Source of the DNA: an uncultured Planctomycetaceae bacterium
GTDB taxonomy: Bacteria > Planctomycetota > Planctomycetia > Planctomycetales > Planctomycetaceae
Direction of reading: 5' to 3'
Length of the DNA stretch: 64,000 bases
NCBI GenBank assembly: GCA_963976765.1
Contig: CAXBME010000011.1
Location: 62,001 to 126,000 of the forward strand
Part shown: in pieces, positions 49,082 through 58,505 of the stretch
Layout: each line of letters starts with the position of its first letter
Numbering within the stretch: position 1 is the first letter of the stretch
Translations under genes and position numbers: made by a program
The notes under the pieces: generated by a model
Told to the model about the DNA's origin: nothing
The model's input: the letters and a program-made list of their open reading frames with translations, nothing else
Databases searched by the model: none

Positions 49082-51589
49082 ATGATCATGATGACACGAC
49101 TATCGACCTCATTGATGACTTTGCTCGTACTGTCGACGAGTTTCTGGACAGCGACCGGTACTGCTTCGGCTCAGTCCCCCGCGTTTTACAAAGAGAAAGT
49201 CCTGCCGATTCTTGAAGCAAAGTGCTTCGATTGTCACGGGCCGAAATCTGAACTGAAAGGCGGACTGTTTCTCGGAAATCGCGAAGGTCTTCTGGAGGGC
49301 GGTGAGTCCGGCCCCTCCGTCGATCCCGACGCTCTCGAAGACAGCCTGCTTCTCGACGCGATCAATTATGGATCGTACGAGATGCCACCAGACAGCAAAC
49401 TTCCCGACGAAGAAATTGAGATCCTGACCGCGTGGGTGAAAGCCGGTGCCCCGATCCCAAAGGAAGCAGAATTCGAACGACCGGAAGGCCATCACGCCAA
49501 TCCCGCAACACTGGTGACTCCAGAAACGAAAAACTACTGGGCGTTTCGTCCCGTCGCCGATCCGTTAGTTCCTCAGGTCACGAATTCTGATCGCGTCTCC
49601 AACTCGATCGACAATTTCATCCTGCAGAAACTGGAAGCGGCCAATCTGTCGCCAGTATCACCAGCCGAAAAACAGAAGCTGATCCGCCGAGCGTACTACG
49701 ACCTGATCGGCCTGCCGCCGACCATTAACGACATCGAAGCGTTCGTTAATGACGAGTCAGATCGTGCGTTTGAAAAGGTAATTGATAAGCTCCTCAACTC
49801 GCCGCAGTACGGAGAACGCTGGGGCCGACACTGGCTTGACCTGGTTCGCTACGCCGAAACCAACAGTTACGAGCGCGACGGCACAAAGCCTTTCATCTGG
49901 CGATACCGCGACTACGTCATCAAAAGCTTCAACGAAGACAAGCCGTACAACCAGTTTATCAAAGAGCAACTCGCCGGTGATGAATTTGAACCGCCAACGC
50001 CCGACTCGATCGTGGCCACGGGTTACTATCGACTTGGGATCTGGGACGATGAACCAGTCGACCAGAAGCAGGCTCTTTACGACGATCTGGACGACATCCT
50101 GCTGACAACGTCGCAGGTCTTTCTTGGCCTGACCATGAACTGCGCCCGCTGCCATGATCACAAGATTGATCCGCTTCCGCAGAAGGACTACTACAGTTTC
50201 CTTGCCTTCTTTAACGGCGTAAAACGCTACGGCGTCCGTAGTCACGAGTCGGTCGAGGATGCGTCCATCGGGCCAATCGCCGTTAATGCAGAAGATCGCA
50301 AACGCAACGATGCGAGAAACTCGCTCGACCGGGAACTCGCTGAGCACGACCGCAAAATCAACCACGTCGATCGACGACTTCAGGAATTGATGACGCCGCC
50401 CGAGAAAGAAGATTTCCAGGCAGTCGAAGTTCGAGTCGACATCGCCCGGAAATATGTCGGCAAGGGACTGTCTCAGAAACTCGTTTCTGACTATGCAGAA
50501 GCCGTACGGCGACGCCAGGAAATTCTGGATACGCGACCGCCCGAAGTCGCTCAGGCATTAATGGTCAAAGAGGTCGGCAAGACGCCACGGGAAACCTTTA
50601 TCCTGGTTCGGGGTAACGCCAACGTCGAAGGTGCCAGAGTCGAACCGTCGTTTCCGTCGGTACTTTCTCCGCCGGAACCGATCATCCAGACTCCTTCCAT
50701 GACGGAGTCAAGCGGTCGCCGCACCGCACTCGCCAACTGGATCGCCAGCGACGAAAACCAGTTAACCGCCCGCGTTATGGTCAACCGAATCTGGCAACAC
50801 CACTTTGGACGAGGCATCGTCGGCTCCAGCAACAACTTCGGAAACATTGGTGATAAGCCAACGCATCCGGAACTGCTCGACTGGCTGGCGACTCGGTTCA
50901 TGCAGGGTGGCTGGAAACTCAAAGCAATGCACAAACTGATCATGCTTTCCAGCACTTATCAGTTGAGTTCGCAGTCCAGCCAGAAAGAACTGGCCGCCGA
51001 CCCGGCAAACAACCTCTACTGGCGTTTCAACATGCGACGCCTGTCGTCCGAAGAGTTGAGGGATTCGGTCCATGCCGCGAACGGCAGCCTCAATCTGAAA
51101 ATGGGCGGTCCAAGCATCTACCCGATCATTCCGCAGGAAGTGCTTGCAGGCCAGTCGCGACCGGGGGCCGGATGGGGCAACTCATCCGAGGAAGAGCGAG
51201 CACGACGCGCCGTTTATATCTTCATCAAGCGATCGCTCGTTGAACCTCTGATGGCCGACTTCGACTTCGCCGATGTTGACTCAACCTGCCCGGTTCGATT
51301 TGTAACGACTCAGCCAACGCAGGCTCTCAGCCTGCTCAACAGCGAATACATGAATCGACAGGCGGCTGTCTTTGCCGGGTTCCTCAAGAAAAAAGCCGGA
51401 GCCGATTCCGCAAAACAGGTCGAACTCGGCCTGACCAGAATTACTCAACGACGCCCGACCAGAACCGAAGTCGACCGCGGTGTCGAGCTGATCGAATCCT
51501 TGAAGAAAGACGGCGTGCCTGACGACGTCGCTTTGAAATACTACTGCCTGGCATTGTTCAACCTGAACGAGTTTCTCTATCTCGACTAA
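49082..51589 (+). CDS. Planctomycete cytochrome c (PSCyt1) + DUF1549 + DUF1553 (PSD1) protein
   Basis: Signal peptide, CFDCHG...MPP, WAF.P, YGERWGRHWLDLVRYAET, CARCHDHK.DP, RVMVNRIWQHHFGRGIV, PTHPELLDWLA, QAL.LLNS, NLNEFLYLD. Confidence 0.93.
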   Translation: MIMMTRLSTSLMTLLVLSTSFWTATGTASAQSPAFYKEKVLPILEAKCFDCHGPKSELKGGLFLGNREGLLEGGESGPSVDPDALEDSLLLDAINYGSYEMPPDSKLPDEEIEILTAWVKAGAPIPKEAEFERPEGHHANPATLVTPETKNYWAFRPVADPLVPQVTNSDRVSNSIDNFILQKLEAANLSPVSPAEKQKLIRRAYYDLIGLPPTINDIEAFVNDESDRAFEKVIDKLLNSPQYGERWGRHWLDLVRYAETNSYERDGTKPFIWRYRDYVIKSFNEDKPYNQFIKEQLAGDEFEPPTPDSIVATGYYRLGIWDDEPVDQKQALYDDLDDILLTTSQVFLGLTMNCARCHDHKIDPLPQKDYYSFLAFFNGVKRYGVRSHESVEDASIGPIAVNAEDRKRNDARNSLDRELAEHDRKINHVDRRLQELMTPPEKEDFQAVEVRVDIARKYVGKGLSQKLVSDYAEAVRRRQEILDTRPPEVAQALMVKEVGKTPRETFILVRGNANVEGARVEPSFPSVLSPPEPIIQTPSMTESSGRRTALANWIASDENQLTARVMVNRIWQHHFGRGIVGSSNNFGNIGDKPTHPELLDWLATRFMQGGWKLKAMHKLIMLSSTYQLSSQSSQKELAADPANNLYWRFNMRRLSSEELRDSVHAANGSLNLKMGGPSIYPIIPQEVLAGQSRPGAGWGNSSEEERARRAVYIFIKRSLVEPLMADFDFADVDSTCPVRFVTTQPTQALSLLNSEYMNRQAAVFAGFLKKKAGADSAKQVELGLTRITQRRPTRTEVDRGVELIESLKKDGVPDDVALKYYCLALFNLNEFLYLD

Positions 51590-51593
51590 GACC

Positions 51594-51646
51594 GGTTGGA
51601 CAGTGCCCATCCACTTTGAATATCTGGTGAGTAGTGCCCACCCCAC
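51594..51646 (-). repeat. Two tandem degenerate GTAG-type REP palindromes (second family)
   Basis: GGTTGGACAGTGCCCATCCAC (51594-51614) and GGTGAGTAGTGCCCACCCCAC (51626-51646), both close to the reverse complement of GTAGGGTGGGCACTGCCCACC. Confidence 0.5.
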
Positions 51647-51688
51647 GTGTTCTCAAATACCGTGTTGATCGATCAACGAGGTGACAAG

Positions 51689-53149
51689 ATGACTGAATCT
51701 AATTTCTGCGGCCGCACTCGACGGGAATTCCTCTGGCAGACCGGCGCGGGTTTCACGGGAACAGCTTTGGCCGGACTCTTAAGCGACGACGGCTTCCTTG
51801 ATCGACAGACTGTCGCCGCCGATGGTCAGACCGCCTGGAAGAATCCACTGGCTCCGAAAAAGCCGCACTTCGAACCGCAGGCGACGTCGGTAATCTTCCT
51901 CTATATGTACGGTGGACCAAGCCACATCGACACGTTCGATTACAAGCCAAAAATGAAAGGGATGGACAACAAAACGATCGAGGTCAAAACATTCGGTCGA
52001 GGCGGACATCGCAATCAGGGACGCATCGTCGAACCTCGCTGGAACTTCAAGCAGTACGGCGAGTGTGGTCAATGGGTCTCGGACCTGTTTCCACACAAGG
52101 CCGAAATGGTCGACGACATCGCATTTATTCATTCCATGACCGCCGACTCGCCAATTCACGGCTCGGCCATGCTGATGATGAATAGCGGGAAAATCCTTAG
52201 CGGAAGCCCCTGTTTAGGTTCCTGGACCACGTACGGCCTGGGCAGCGAGAACCAGAATCTTCCCGGCTTTGTTGTCATGCTGGATCCTCGTGGCGGCCCG
52301 ATCTCCGGCGCCAAAAACTGGAGCTGTGGCTACATGCCGGCCAGCTACCAGGCGACAATCATGCGTTCGAAGGGGACGCCTATTCTTAACCTGGCACCGC
52401 CGGAAGGAATGAGCCGCGAGACTCAGGTGAAGCTGCTGGCCACGCTGGATCAGTACAACCGTGAGCACCAGGCAACTCGCCAGGACAACTCCGATCTGGC
52501 CGCTCGGATCGCCAACTACGAACTGGCCTTCCGCATGCAGACCGCCGCTCCTGAAGCAACAGACATCTCTCAGGAGACAGCGGCCACGCAGGAAATGTAC
52601 GGGCTGAACGGCGAGAAATCCGGTACGTTCGGACGACAGTGTCTGCTCGCTCGCCGACTTGTCGAACGCGGCGTTCGCTTCGTACAGATTTACTCAGGCG
52701 GCAACCACAACGATGCCAACTGGGACGCTCACGGCGACCTTGAGCACAATCACAATCTGCACGCGGCTGAAACCGATAAACCAATTGCGGGCCTGCTGAA
52801 GGATCTCAAGCAGCGAGGCATGTTGAAGAACACGCTGATCGTCTGGGGCGGAGAATTCGGTCGGCAGCCAACGGCAGAGTACGCCAAAGGAACGGGACGA
52901 GACCACAACAGCTACGGCTTCACCATGTGGATGGCCGGCGGTGGCATCAAAGGTGGCACCAGCGTTGGCACCACCGACGAACTCGGCAGCAAAGCAGTCG
53001 AAGACCGCTTCCACGTCAAGAACCTGCACGCGACCATCCTGAACCAACTCGGGTTTGACCCGAACAAACTGTCCTACTTCTACGACGGCCTCGACCAGCG
53101 TCTCGTCGGCGTCGAAGGCGCACAACCCATTCAGCAGATCATCGCGTAA
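51689..53149 (+). CDS. DUF1501 domain protein with Tat-type leader
   Basis: TRREFL, GGPSHIDTFDYKP, LGSENQNLPGFVV, CLLARRLVERGVRFVQ, WDAH, GEFGR, GRDHN; ATG 51689 after GAGG. Confidence 0.92.
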   Translation: MTESNFCGRTRREFLWQTGAGFTGTALAGLLSDDGFLDRQTVAADGQTAWKNPLAPKKPHFEPQATSVIFLYMYGGPSHIDTFDYKPKMKGMDNKTIEVKTFGRGGHRNQGRIVEPRWNFKQYGECGQWVSDLFPHKAEMVDDIAFIHSMTADSPIHGSAMLMMNSGKILSGSPCLGSWTTYGLGSENQNLPGFVVMLDPRGGPISGAKNWSCGYMPASYQATIMRSKGTPILNLAPPEGMSRETQVKLLATLDQYNREHQATRQDNSDLAARIANYELAFRMQTAAPEATDISQETAATQEMYGLNGEKSGTFGRQCLLARRLVERGVRFVQIYSGGNHNDANWDAHGDLEHNHNLHAAETDKPIAGLLKDLKQRGMLKNTLIVWGGEFGRQPTAEYAKGTGRDHNSYGFTMWMAGGGIKGGTSVGTTDELGSKAVEDRFHVKNLHATILNQLGFDPNKLSYFYDGLDQRLVGVEGAQPIQQIIA

Positions 53150-53167
53150 CAGCTTTGCGTGACCAGG

Positions 53168-53212
53168 AACGAAGCCCGGCAGACAACCCATGTCTACCGG
53201 GCTTTGTTCGTT
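53168..53212. terminator. Probable bidirectional terminator between convergent genes
   Basis: AAGCCCGGCAGACA...TGTCTACCGGGCTT hairpin followed by TGTTCGTT. Confidence 0.6.
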
Positions 53213-53232
53213 GAGACTGAGTCGTCGTGAAC

Positions 53233-54915
53233 TTACTCGTTGGTCTGCTTGCTTTTCCTGCCTTTTGAACCTGACGAATCCTGCGTCTTTCGAAAATTCA
53301 GCTCCTTGACCTTCCCAACGACCGGGGCAAGCTGGCGGCCTCCGAGTCGCTCCACATCTCTGGCAACACGGAACCATTCAGCGGACATTTCTTTCACGCG
53401 CTCCGGATACTTTTCGGCAAGATCGAACAACTCGGTGCGGTCGTCATCCAGATTGTAGAGTTCCCACTTCCCTTGCTTCGCGGAAACCAGTTTCCACGGA
53501 CCTTGTCGAAGTGCACGGTCCGTCGCGAAGTGGAAGTAGAGCTGCTCGTGCGGTTCCCGCGTCTCGCCTCGGAAGATCGGCAGCAGCGACTTTCCTTGCA
53601 GCGGGTCGATCTTTCGGTCTCCGATTTCGCTCGGATACTCAGCTCCGGCGAGATCGATGAACGTCGCCATGAAGTCGATCAGATGGCCAGACTGATCAGT
53701 GACGGATCCCGCCTTTGTCTTCAGCCCGGCAGGCCAGTGAGCGATCATCGGAGAAGAGATGCCGCCTTCATGCTGATTCTGCTTGTAAAGACGGAACGGT
53801 GTGTTGCCAGCATGTGCCCAGCTCGCGTCGTAGGTCCAGTAGCTCTGTGGATCCCAGGGTTTCAGTTCCTTGCCGCGAGTTCGTTCAAACGGGCAGGCTC
53901 CGTTGTCCGAGCAGAACAGAATCAACGTATTGTCGTAAACGCCTTTGTCTTTCAGATGTTTGACCAGGCGACCAACATTCTGATCAAGCACGTCGACCAT
54001 CGCCGCGAAGACTTCCATCCGGTCAGTTTCCCATTGTCGCTCGTCCTCCGAAAGGCTGTCCCACGCAGGAATGTGGTCCGGTCGTGGGCTGAGCTTCCAT
54101 TTTCGCGGCAGCAGTCCCGAATCAACCTGCTTCTGATGCCGCGACTTTCGAAGAGCATCCCAGCCGGCGTCGTAACGACCGTCGTACTTCCCGATATCCT
54201 TCTTCGGAGCCTGCAACGGGTAATGCGGCGCGTTGAACGCTGTGTAGAGCAGAAACGGCTTGTCGCTTTCTGTTGCCTGGTCAAGAAACTCCAGCGCGAA
54301 ATCGGTGATCGCATGGGTTGTGTAGAACGGTCGCCCGTTCAACGTCTTCGGGACAGACCACGGCTTGCCATTCAGCCGAAACGTATCGTCGCCGGTGAAG
54401 AAATTTGTCGCTCCGGAAAGATGTCCCCAGTAGCGTTCAAAACCGAAGTCTGTTGGCTGTTTGCTGAGATGCCACTTTCCAACCATCGACGTCGAGTAGC
54501 CCGCTCGCGACATCACTTCGGCAATCGTCGCGCCGCGACTGAGGCTCTCGGCCCCCGCCTGGTCGCAGTACAAACCCGTCAGCAACGACACTCGCGAGGA
54601 ATGACATTTCGCTGTGTTGTAGAACTGCGAGAACCGCAATCCCTGAGTTGCCAGAGCGTCAAGGTTCGGAGTTTCAATTTCGGAGCCGTAACAGCCGAGA
54701 TCCGCAAACCCCAGATCGTCCGCCATGATCAGAACGATGTTTGGTCGTGCAGGCGTCTTTGCAGCATGCGCATCTGCCGGTGACGTCTGCTGGATGAAGA
54801 CAGACAAGACTGCGACGACAAACGCAGCCATCTTATAACGCCAGCGTCGTCCGTCGAATCGGACAGGGACAATCATGCGAGCAGGATGAGTTACGGTATG
54901 GCAATGCTGCATCAT
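53233..54915 (-). CDS. Arylsulfatase
   Basis: RPNIVLIMADDLGFADLGCYG, CHSSRVSLLTG, GKWHL, NAPHYPLQAP, SDNG, HEGGISSP. Exact start uncertain. Confidence 0.92.
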   Translation of the reverse strand: MMQHCHTVTHPARMIVPVRFDGRRWRYKMAAFVVAVLSVFIQQTSPADAHAAKTPARPNIVLIMADDLGFADLGCYGSEIETPNLDALATQGLRFSQFYNTAKCHSSRVSLLTGLYCDQAGAESLSRGATIAEVMSRAGYSTSMVGKWHLSKQPTDFGFERYWGHLSGATNFFTGDDTFRLNGKPWSVPKTLNGRPFYTTHAITDFALEFLDQATESDKPFLLYTAFNAPHYPLQAPKKDIGKYDGRYDAGWDALRKSRHQKQVDSGLLPRKWKLSPRPDHIPAWDSLSEDERQWETDRMEVFAAMVDVLDQNVGRLVKHLKDKGVYDNTLILFCSDNGACPFERTRGKELKPWDPQSYWTYDASWAHAGNTPFRLYKQNQHEGGISSPMIAHWPAGLKTKAGSVTDQSGHLIDFMATFIDLAGAEYPSEIGDRKIDPLQGKSLLPIFRGETREPHEQLYFHFATDRALRQGPWKLVSAKQGKWELYNLDDDRTELFDLAEKYPERVKEMSAEWFRVARDVERLGGRQLAPVVGKVKELNFRKTQDSSGSKGRKSKQTNE

Positions 54916-55199
54916 GGTCCCTTATTTGTTCTCTACGGAGTTGGTATGCCGAAGGGGCATCTTCCCTGTTCAAGCTGATTTCAACCATCGTCAGGCGATC
55001 GCCATCCCCGTTTTATCGGCTGGAACCAGACTCAGCTCCTGGCCGAGTATCCCGTCACACGGACACAGCGTCAAACAGCTGATGACGGCAATTCGCGTCT
55101 GCATGACAGCGAGCTTCCAAGTCTCTAAAACCTGCCTGTTGATTCCGTTCTTAATCTCACCCATTTTTCCATTACACCCGTTCGAAGTCAGGATATCCC

Positions 55200-56114
55200 A
55201 TGAGACTTATTTGCTCTGTCGCTGCGTTACTGATTTCAACCGTTGTCGTTGCCACCGCTGAGGCAGACGAGCTCTTCCTGGTGAGTGCTTCGTACGGGAA
55301 CAACGTCATCGCTCTTTGTGAACGGGACGGTAGCGTGATCTGGCAATTCAAAACCGGTGGACCAAAACGCGGCCACGCAGGACATCATGAAATTCAGATG
55401 CTGGAAAACGGCAACATCCTCTTTCACGACGACTGGAACACGGTTAAGGAAATGCAACTCGATGGAACGATCGTCTGGAGTTACAAAAGCTCCGACGTTC
55501 ACGCATTCACTCGACTGGCCAACGGAAACACGATGATCGCCGAATCCGGCAGCGGGCGAATTCTTATCGTTGACAAGGGTGGCAGAATCGTCAGTGCGAC
55601 ACCGCTTGGCGAAGGCGGACGCGGCAGGACTCGACAGGCCGAAGTTCTGGAAAACGGCAACTATCTGGTCTGTGCCGAAAACCCCGGCACCGTCACGGAA
55701 TATAACATCAAAGGCGACATCGTCTGGGAGTATGAAATCAAGACGCGAGTATACGGAGCGATTCGGCTGAAGAACGGCAACACGCTTATCTGCTCGGGAT
55801 CAGGTAATTCAGTCGTCGAAGTATCACCGGAAAAGACAATCGTCTGGCAAATTAAGGGCCAGGTGCCTGGCACAAAGATCGAACTCAAATGGACGACCTG
55901 TCTGCAGGAACTCCCGAACGGTCACTTCCTGATTGGCAACTGCCACGCCGGTCCGGACAGTCCTCAGATTTTCGAACTCGACAAGAACCGCAAAGTTGTC
56001 TGGGAGTTCAACCAGTACGACCTCGTCGGCAATGGAATGGCCTGCTGGGATCACATCAGCGCCGACCAGGCGAAGAGCGTTCGCAAAAGCGTCGCCGCAC
56101 TCACTGGTAAGTAG
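55200..56114 (+). CDS. Exported beta-propeller repeat protein
   Basis: Signal peptide; about six repeats of L.NGN.L followed by E...G.IVW; AGGA upstream. Confidence 0.8.
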   Translation: MRLICSVAALLISTVVVATAEADELFLVSASYGNNVIALCERDGSVIWQFKTGGPKRGHAGHHEIQMLENGNILFHDDWNTVKEMQLDGTIVWSYKSSDVHAFTRLANGNTMIAESGSGRILIVDKGGRIVSATPLGEGGRGRTRQAEVLENGNYLVCAENPGTVTEYNIKGDIVWEYEIKTRVYGAIRLKNGNTLICSGSGNSVVEVSPEKTIVWQIKGQVPGTKIELKWTTCLQELPNGHFLIGNCHAGPDSPQIFELDKNRKVVWEFNQYDLVGNGMACWDHISADQAKSVRKSVAALTGK

Positions 56115-56663
56115 CGAACTTTTCGGAAGGTAATCTTTTTCAGAAGGTAAACGGCCCGCTCATCCGCACTGAGAGTCGTTGAGCCCCCTCACGACTCGCA
56201 AATGAGAGTTTTGACGGCAAGCCGAATCGCCCCCCCCGACGCAACTGGGCTCTCGATTCCATCGGCTTCTGGCTTCCGAAAGTCAGGAAGTCGGCGAGCG
56301 ACGAAATCGACGTCCTCTTCGACGCAAATCAACGCGAAGAGTGATGGCGGCGGCAGCTCATTCGACGTCTCAACGGCACCCGATCGAACCGTCTTGTCCA
56401 TGAGCAGAAACCGTGACGTATTCCAGTTCCCAGCGCCGTTGATAATTCTACGGACGTACGCCCACGTGACGATTATGCCGGTTGCGGGGCCTTGCAATGC
56501 CAACCTCAACAGTCCGACGCTTCTGTGGCTCGAAGAATTTGCGGGAGTCAAGAGTGCTCGATCCATGACCGATGACAGTCATGACGGTTGTGGCAACGCT
56601 CGATTCAGCCATTCGTCGCGACAAATAACAGCCAGTTATCCCTCGCGGGAAAAGGCAAATCCC

Positions 56664-58253
56664 ATGAAACGTTTATTCTCAATGGCTATTTTCGCCGCAA
56701 GCCTTGCCCTTTCGACAACCGGCACGCGGGCCAGTGAACCCAGCATCTTTCCGGTCACCGAGATTCCCAGTGCCCCGGCAGCTGAAGAAACGCAGTCCGA
56801 TGATCTGATCGGAAAGTTTCATAGTCAGCAGACAAGCTTCACCAGTTTGCTGGCGGAAGCTCCGGCCTGCGGATCGGGAACGTGTGGAGCATCGCAGGGC
56901 TGTGATGGCGGTTCGAGTGGTTCACTCGACGGATGCCCGCTGTTCAGCGACGAACCGCTGCTGGGCTCTCTCAAGAATATGCAAATCGGTTGCGACTGGA
57001 CTCTGTCCGTCGCCGGCGAACTGCGTTACCGCTACATGGACGAGGAAGGTCGCCTGCGACCAGGTGGAGCCGCCCGGACAACATACGACCTGTGGAGGTT
57101 TACTCCGAGTATTGAATTAAAACAGGGCGATGCTTTTACGGCGTTTGTCCAGGCCATCGACGCTTCCATTTTTAATGAAGAGCTGCCGATCACTGGCATC
57201 GACGAAAATCGATCGGACCTCCTCCAGTTCTACGCCGACTTTAAGATCGCTGAAGGCGAAGACGGCACGCTTCGCGGTCGAGTCGGTCGTCAGTTCCTGC
57301 AGTACGGTTCGCAGCATCTGGTGTCGCCACTGGGCTGGTCGAATACATTCCGCAACTTTGAAGGCGTCAAGCTGTACTACACTTCTGACGACTGGAACAT
57401 CGACGCCTTCGCCACTCGTCCGGTCAACGGGGCTGCCGGAAACATTTTCCGACCGACGTCTGCCGATCATCCGGACGCGAGCCGATTCTTCAGCGGGGTC
57501 TACACCACCTGGAAAGGCACCGAAAATCAGACGCTGGACCTGTACTGGCTCTGGTCCAACGAAGACAACGACAACGGTGCAGTGATCGATGGCGACCGCC
57601 ACACGATTGGTGCCCGCTGGGAAGGAAAGCAGGCAATCAAAGAGTGTGACAAGGTTGTCGGAACGTGGAACTGGGAACTGGAAGGTGCCTATCAGTTCGG
57701 TGAAGAGTCGTTCCGCGGCGGCATCGACGAAGACATCGAAGCAGGATTTGTGTCGTCCGTTCTCGGGTACACCTGGAACGATGTTGCCTGGACGCCATCG
57801 TTGAAGGGTGTCTTCTGGTACGGCACGGGAGACGATAATCCCGGCGATGGAACCAACAATACGGTCAGTACGCTGTTCCCATTGGGTCATGCACACTGGG
57901 GAATCATCGACAATTTCAACGGTTCCAACCTGCTTGACTACAGCCTCCAGGGAAGCGTTAAACCAACGTCGAAACTGACGGTCGTCAGCGCTTTGCACTG
58001 GTTCGACAAAGCAGAAGCTTCCGACACGATTTACAATGTGGCCGGAGCCGCATTGCCAGTGGGAGCTCCAGGTTCGACATCGAAAGACCTCGGGACAGAA
58101 CTCGACATCGTCGCAACATACCAGGCAACGACGAATCTGCAGCTCCAGGCAGGTTACAGCTGGTTCTGGTATGGCGACGCCGTCACTCAGGATCCGGCAC
58201 TCAACCGACAGGACGCTGACTTCTTCTACTTCATGTCGACTCTTAAGTTCTAG
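56664..58253 (+). CDS. Alginate export (AlgE-like) outer-membrane beta-barrel
   Basis: Signal peptide from ATG 56664; GELRYRY, RVGRQFLQYGSQHLVSPLGWSNTFRNFEG, LFPLGH..WG..D, LGTELD; terminal Phe. Confidence 0.85.
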   Translation: MKRLFSMAIFAASLALSTTGTRASEPSIFPVTEIPSAPAAEETQSDDLIGKFHSQQTSFTSLLAEAPACGSGTCGASQGCDGGSSGSLDGCPLFSDEPLLGSLKNMQIGCDWTLSVAGELRYRYMDEEGRLRPGGAARTTYDLWRFTPSIELKQGDAFTAFVQAIDASIFNEELPITGIDENRSDLLQFYADFKIAEGEDGTLRGRVGRQFLQYGSQHLVSPLGWSNTFRNFEGVKLYYTSDDWNIDAFATRPVNGAAGNIFRPTSADHPDASRFFSGVYTTWKGTENQTLDLYWLWSNEDNDNGAVIDGDRHTIGARWEGKQAIKECDKVVGTWNWELEGAYQFGEESFRGGIDEDIEAGFVSSVLGYTWNDVAWTPSLKGVFWYGTGDDNPGDGTNNTVSTLFPLGHAHWGIIDNFNGSNLLDYSLQGSVKPTSKLTVVSALHWFDKAEASDTIYNVAGAALPVGAPGSTSKDLGTELDIVATYQATTNLQLQAGYSWFWYGDAVTQDPALNRQDADFFYFMSTLKF

Positions 58254-58301
58254 TGCTTCCGATTGCCGGAAACCGACATCGAAGCTGACATCTCAGATTC
58301 G

Positions 58302-58336
58302 GAAAGGGGCGAGGTCTTATCGACTTCGCCCCTTTC
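58302..58336 (+). terminator. Strong hairpin (terminator) after the porin gene
   Basis: GAAAGGGGCGAGGTC-TTATC-GACTTCGCCCCTTTC. Confidence 0.75.
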
Positions 58337-58505
58337 TACTGCGCAGGCCAAGCTGCGATTGACCAGAGCCCGGAGCGATGATCAACTTCGGCGAATCGAT
58401 ACTGCTCAGCAAGCACGTTCATTTAGAATTCCCACGAATCAGATTGGCGACTGTCACCTTTTACAGGTTGACTCTTTCCGGCCCACTCATTCGAGGGAGT
58501 TCCTT

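Noticed and set aside
53473..54783. Long antisense ORFs (also 8405-9313, 13795-14733, 20843-21994, 29986-30720, 58806-60113, 60390-61481)
   Set aside because: Shadow frames opposite well-supported genes, expected from GC-rich codon usage; no motifs.
56202..56663. N-terminal extension of the porin ORF and the opposite-strand ORF 56189-56566
   Set aside because: The signal peptide begins at 56664. The minus-strand ORF has no recognisable motif or SD, although a short 70-aa version (56189-56401) cannot be fully excluded.
58263..58505. N-terminal extension of the PQQ-propeller ORF
   Set aside because: It runs through the terminator hairpin; the SD and signal peptide are at 58506.
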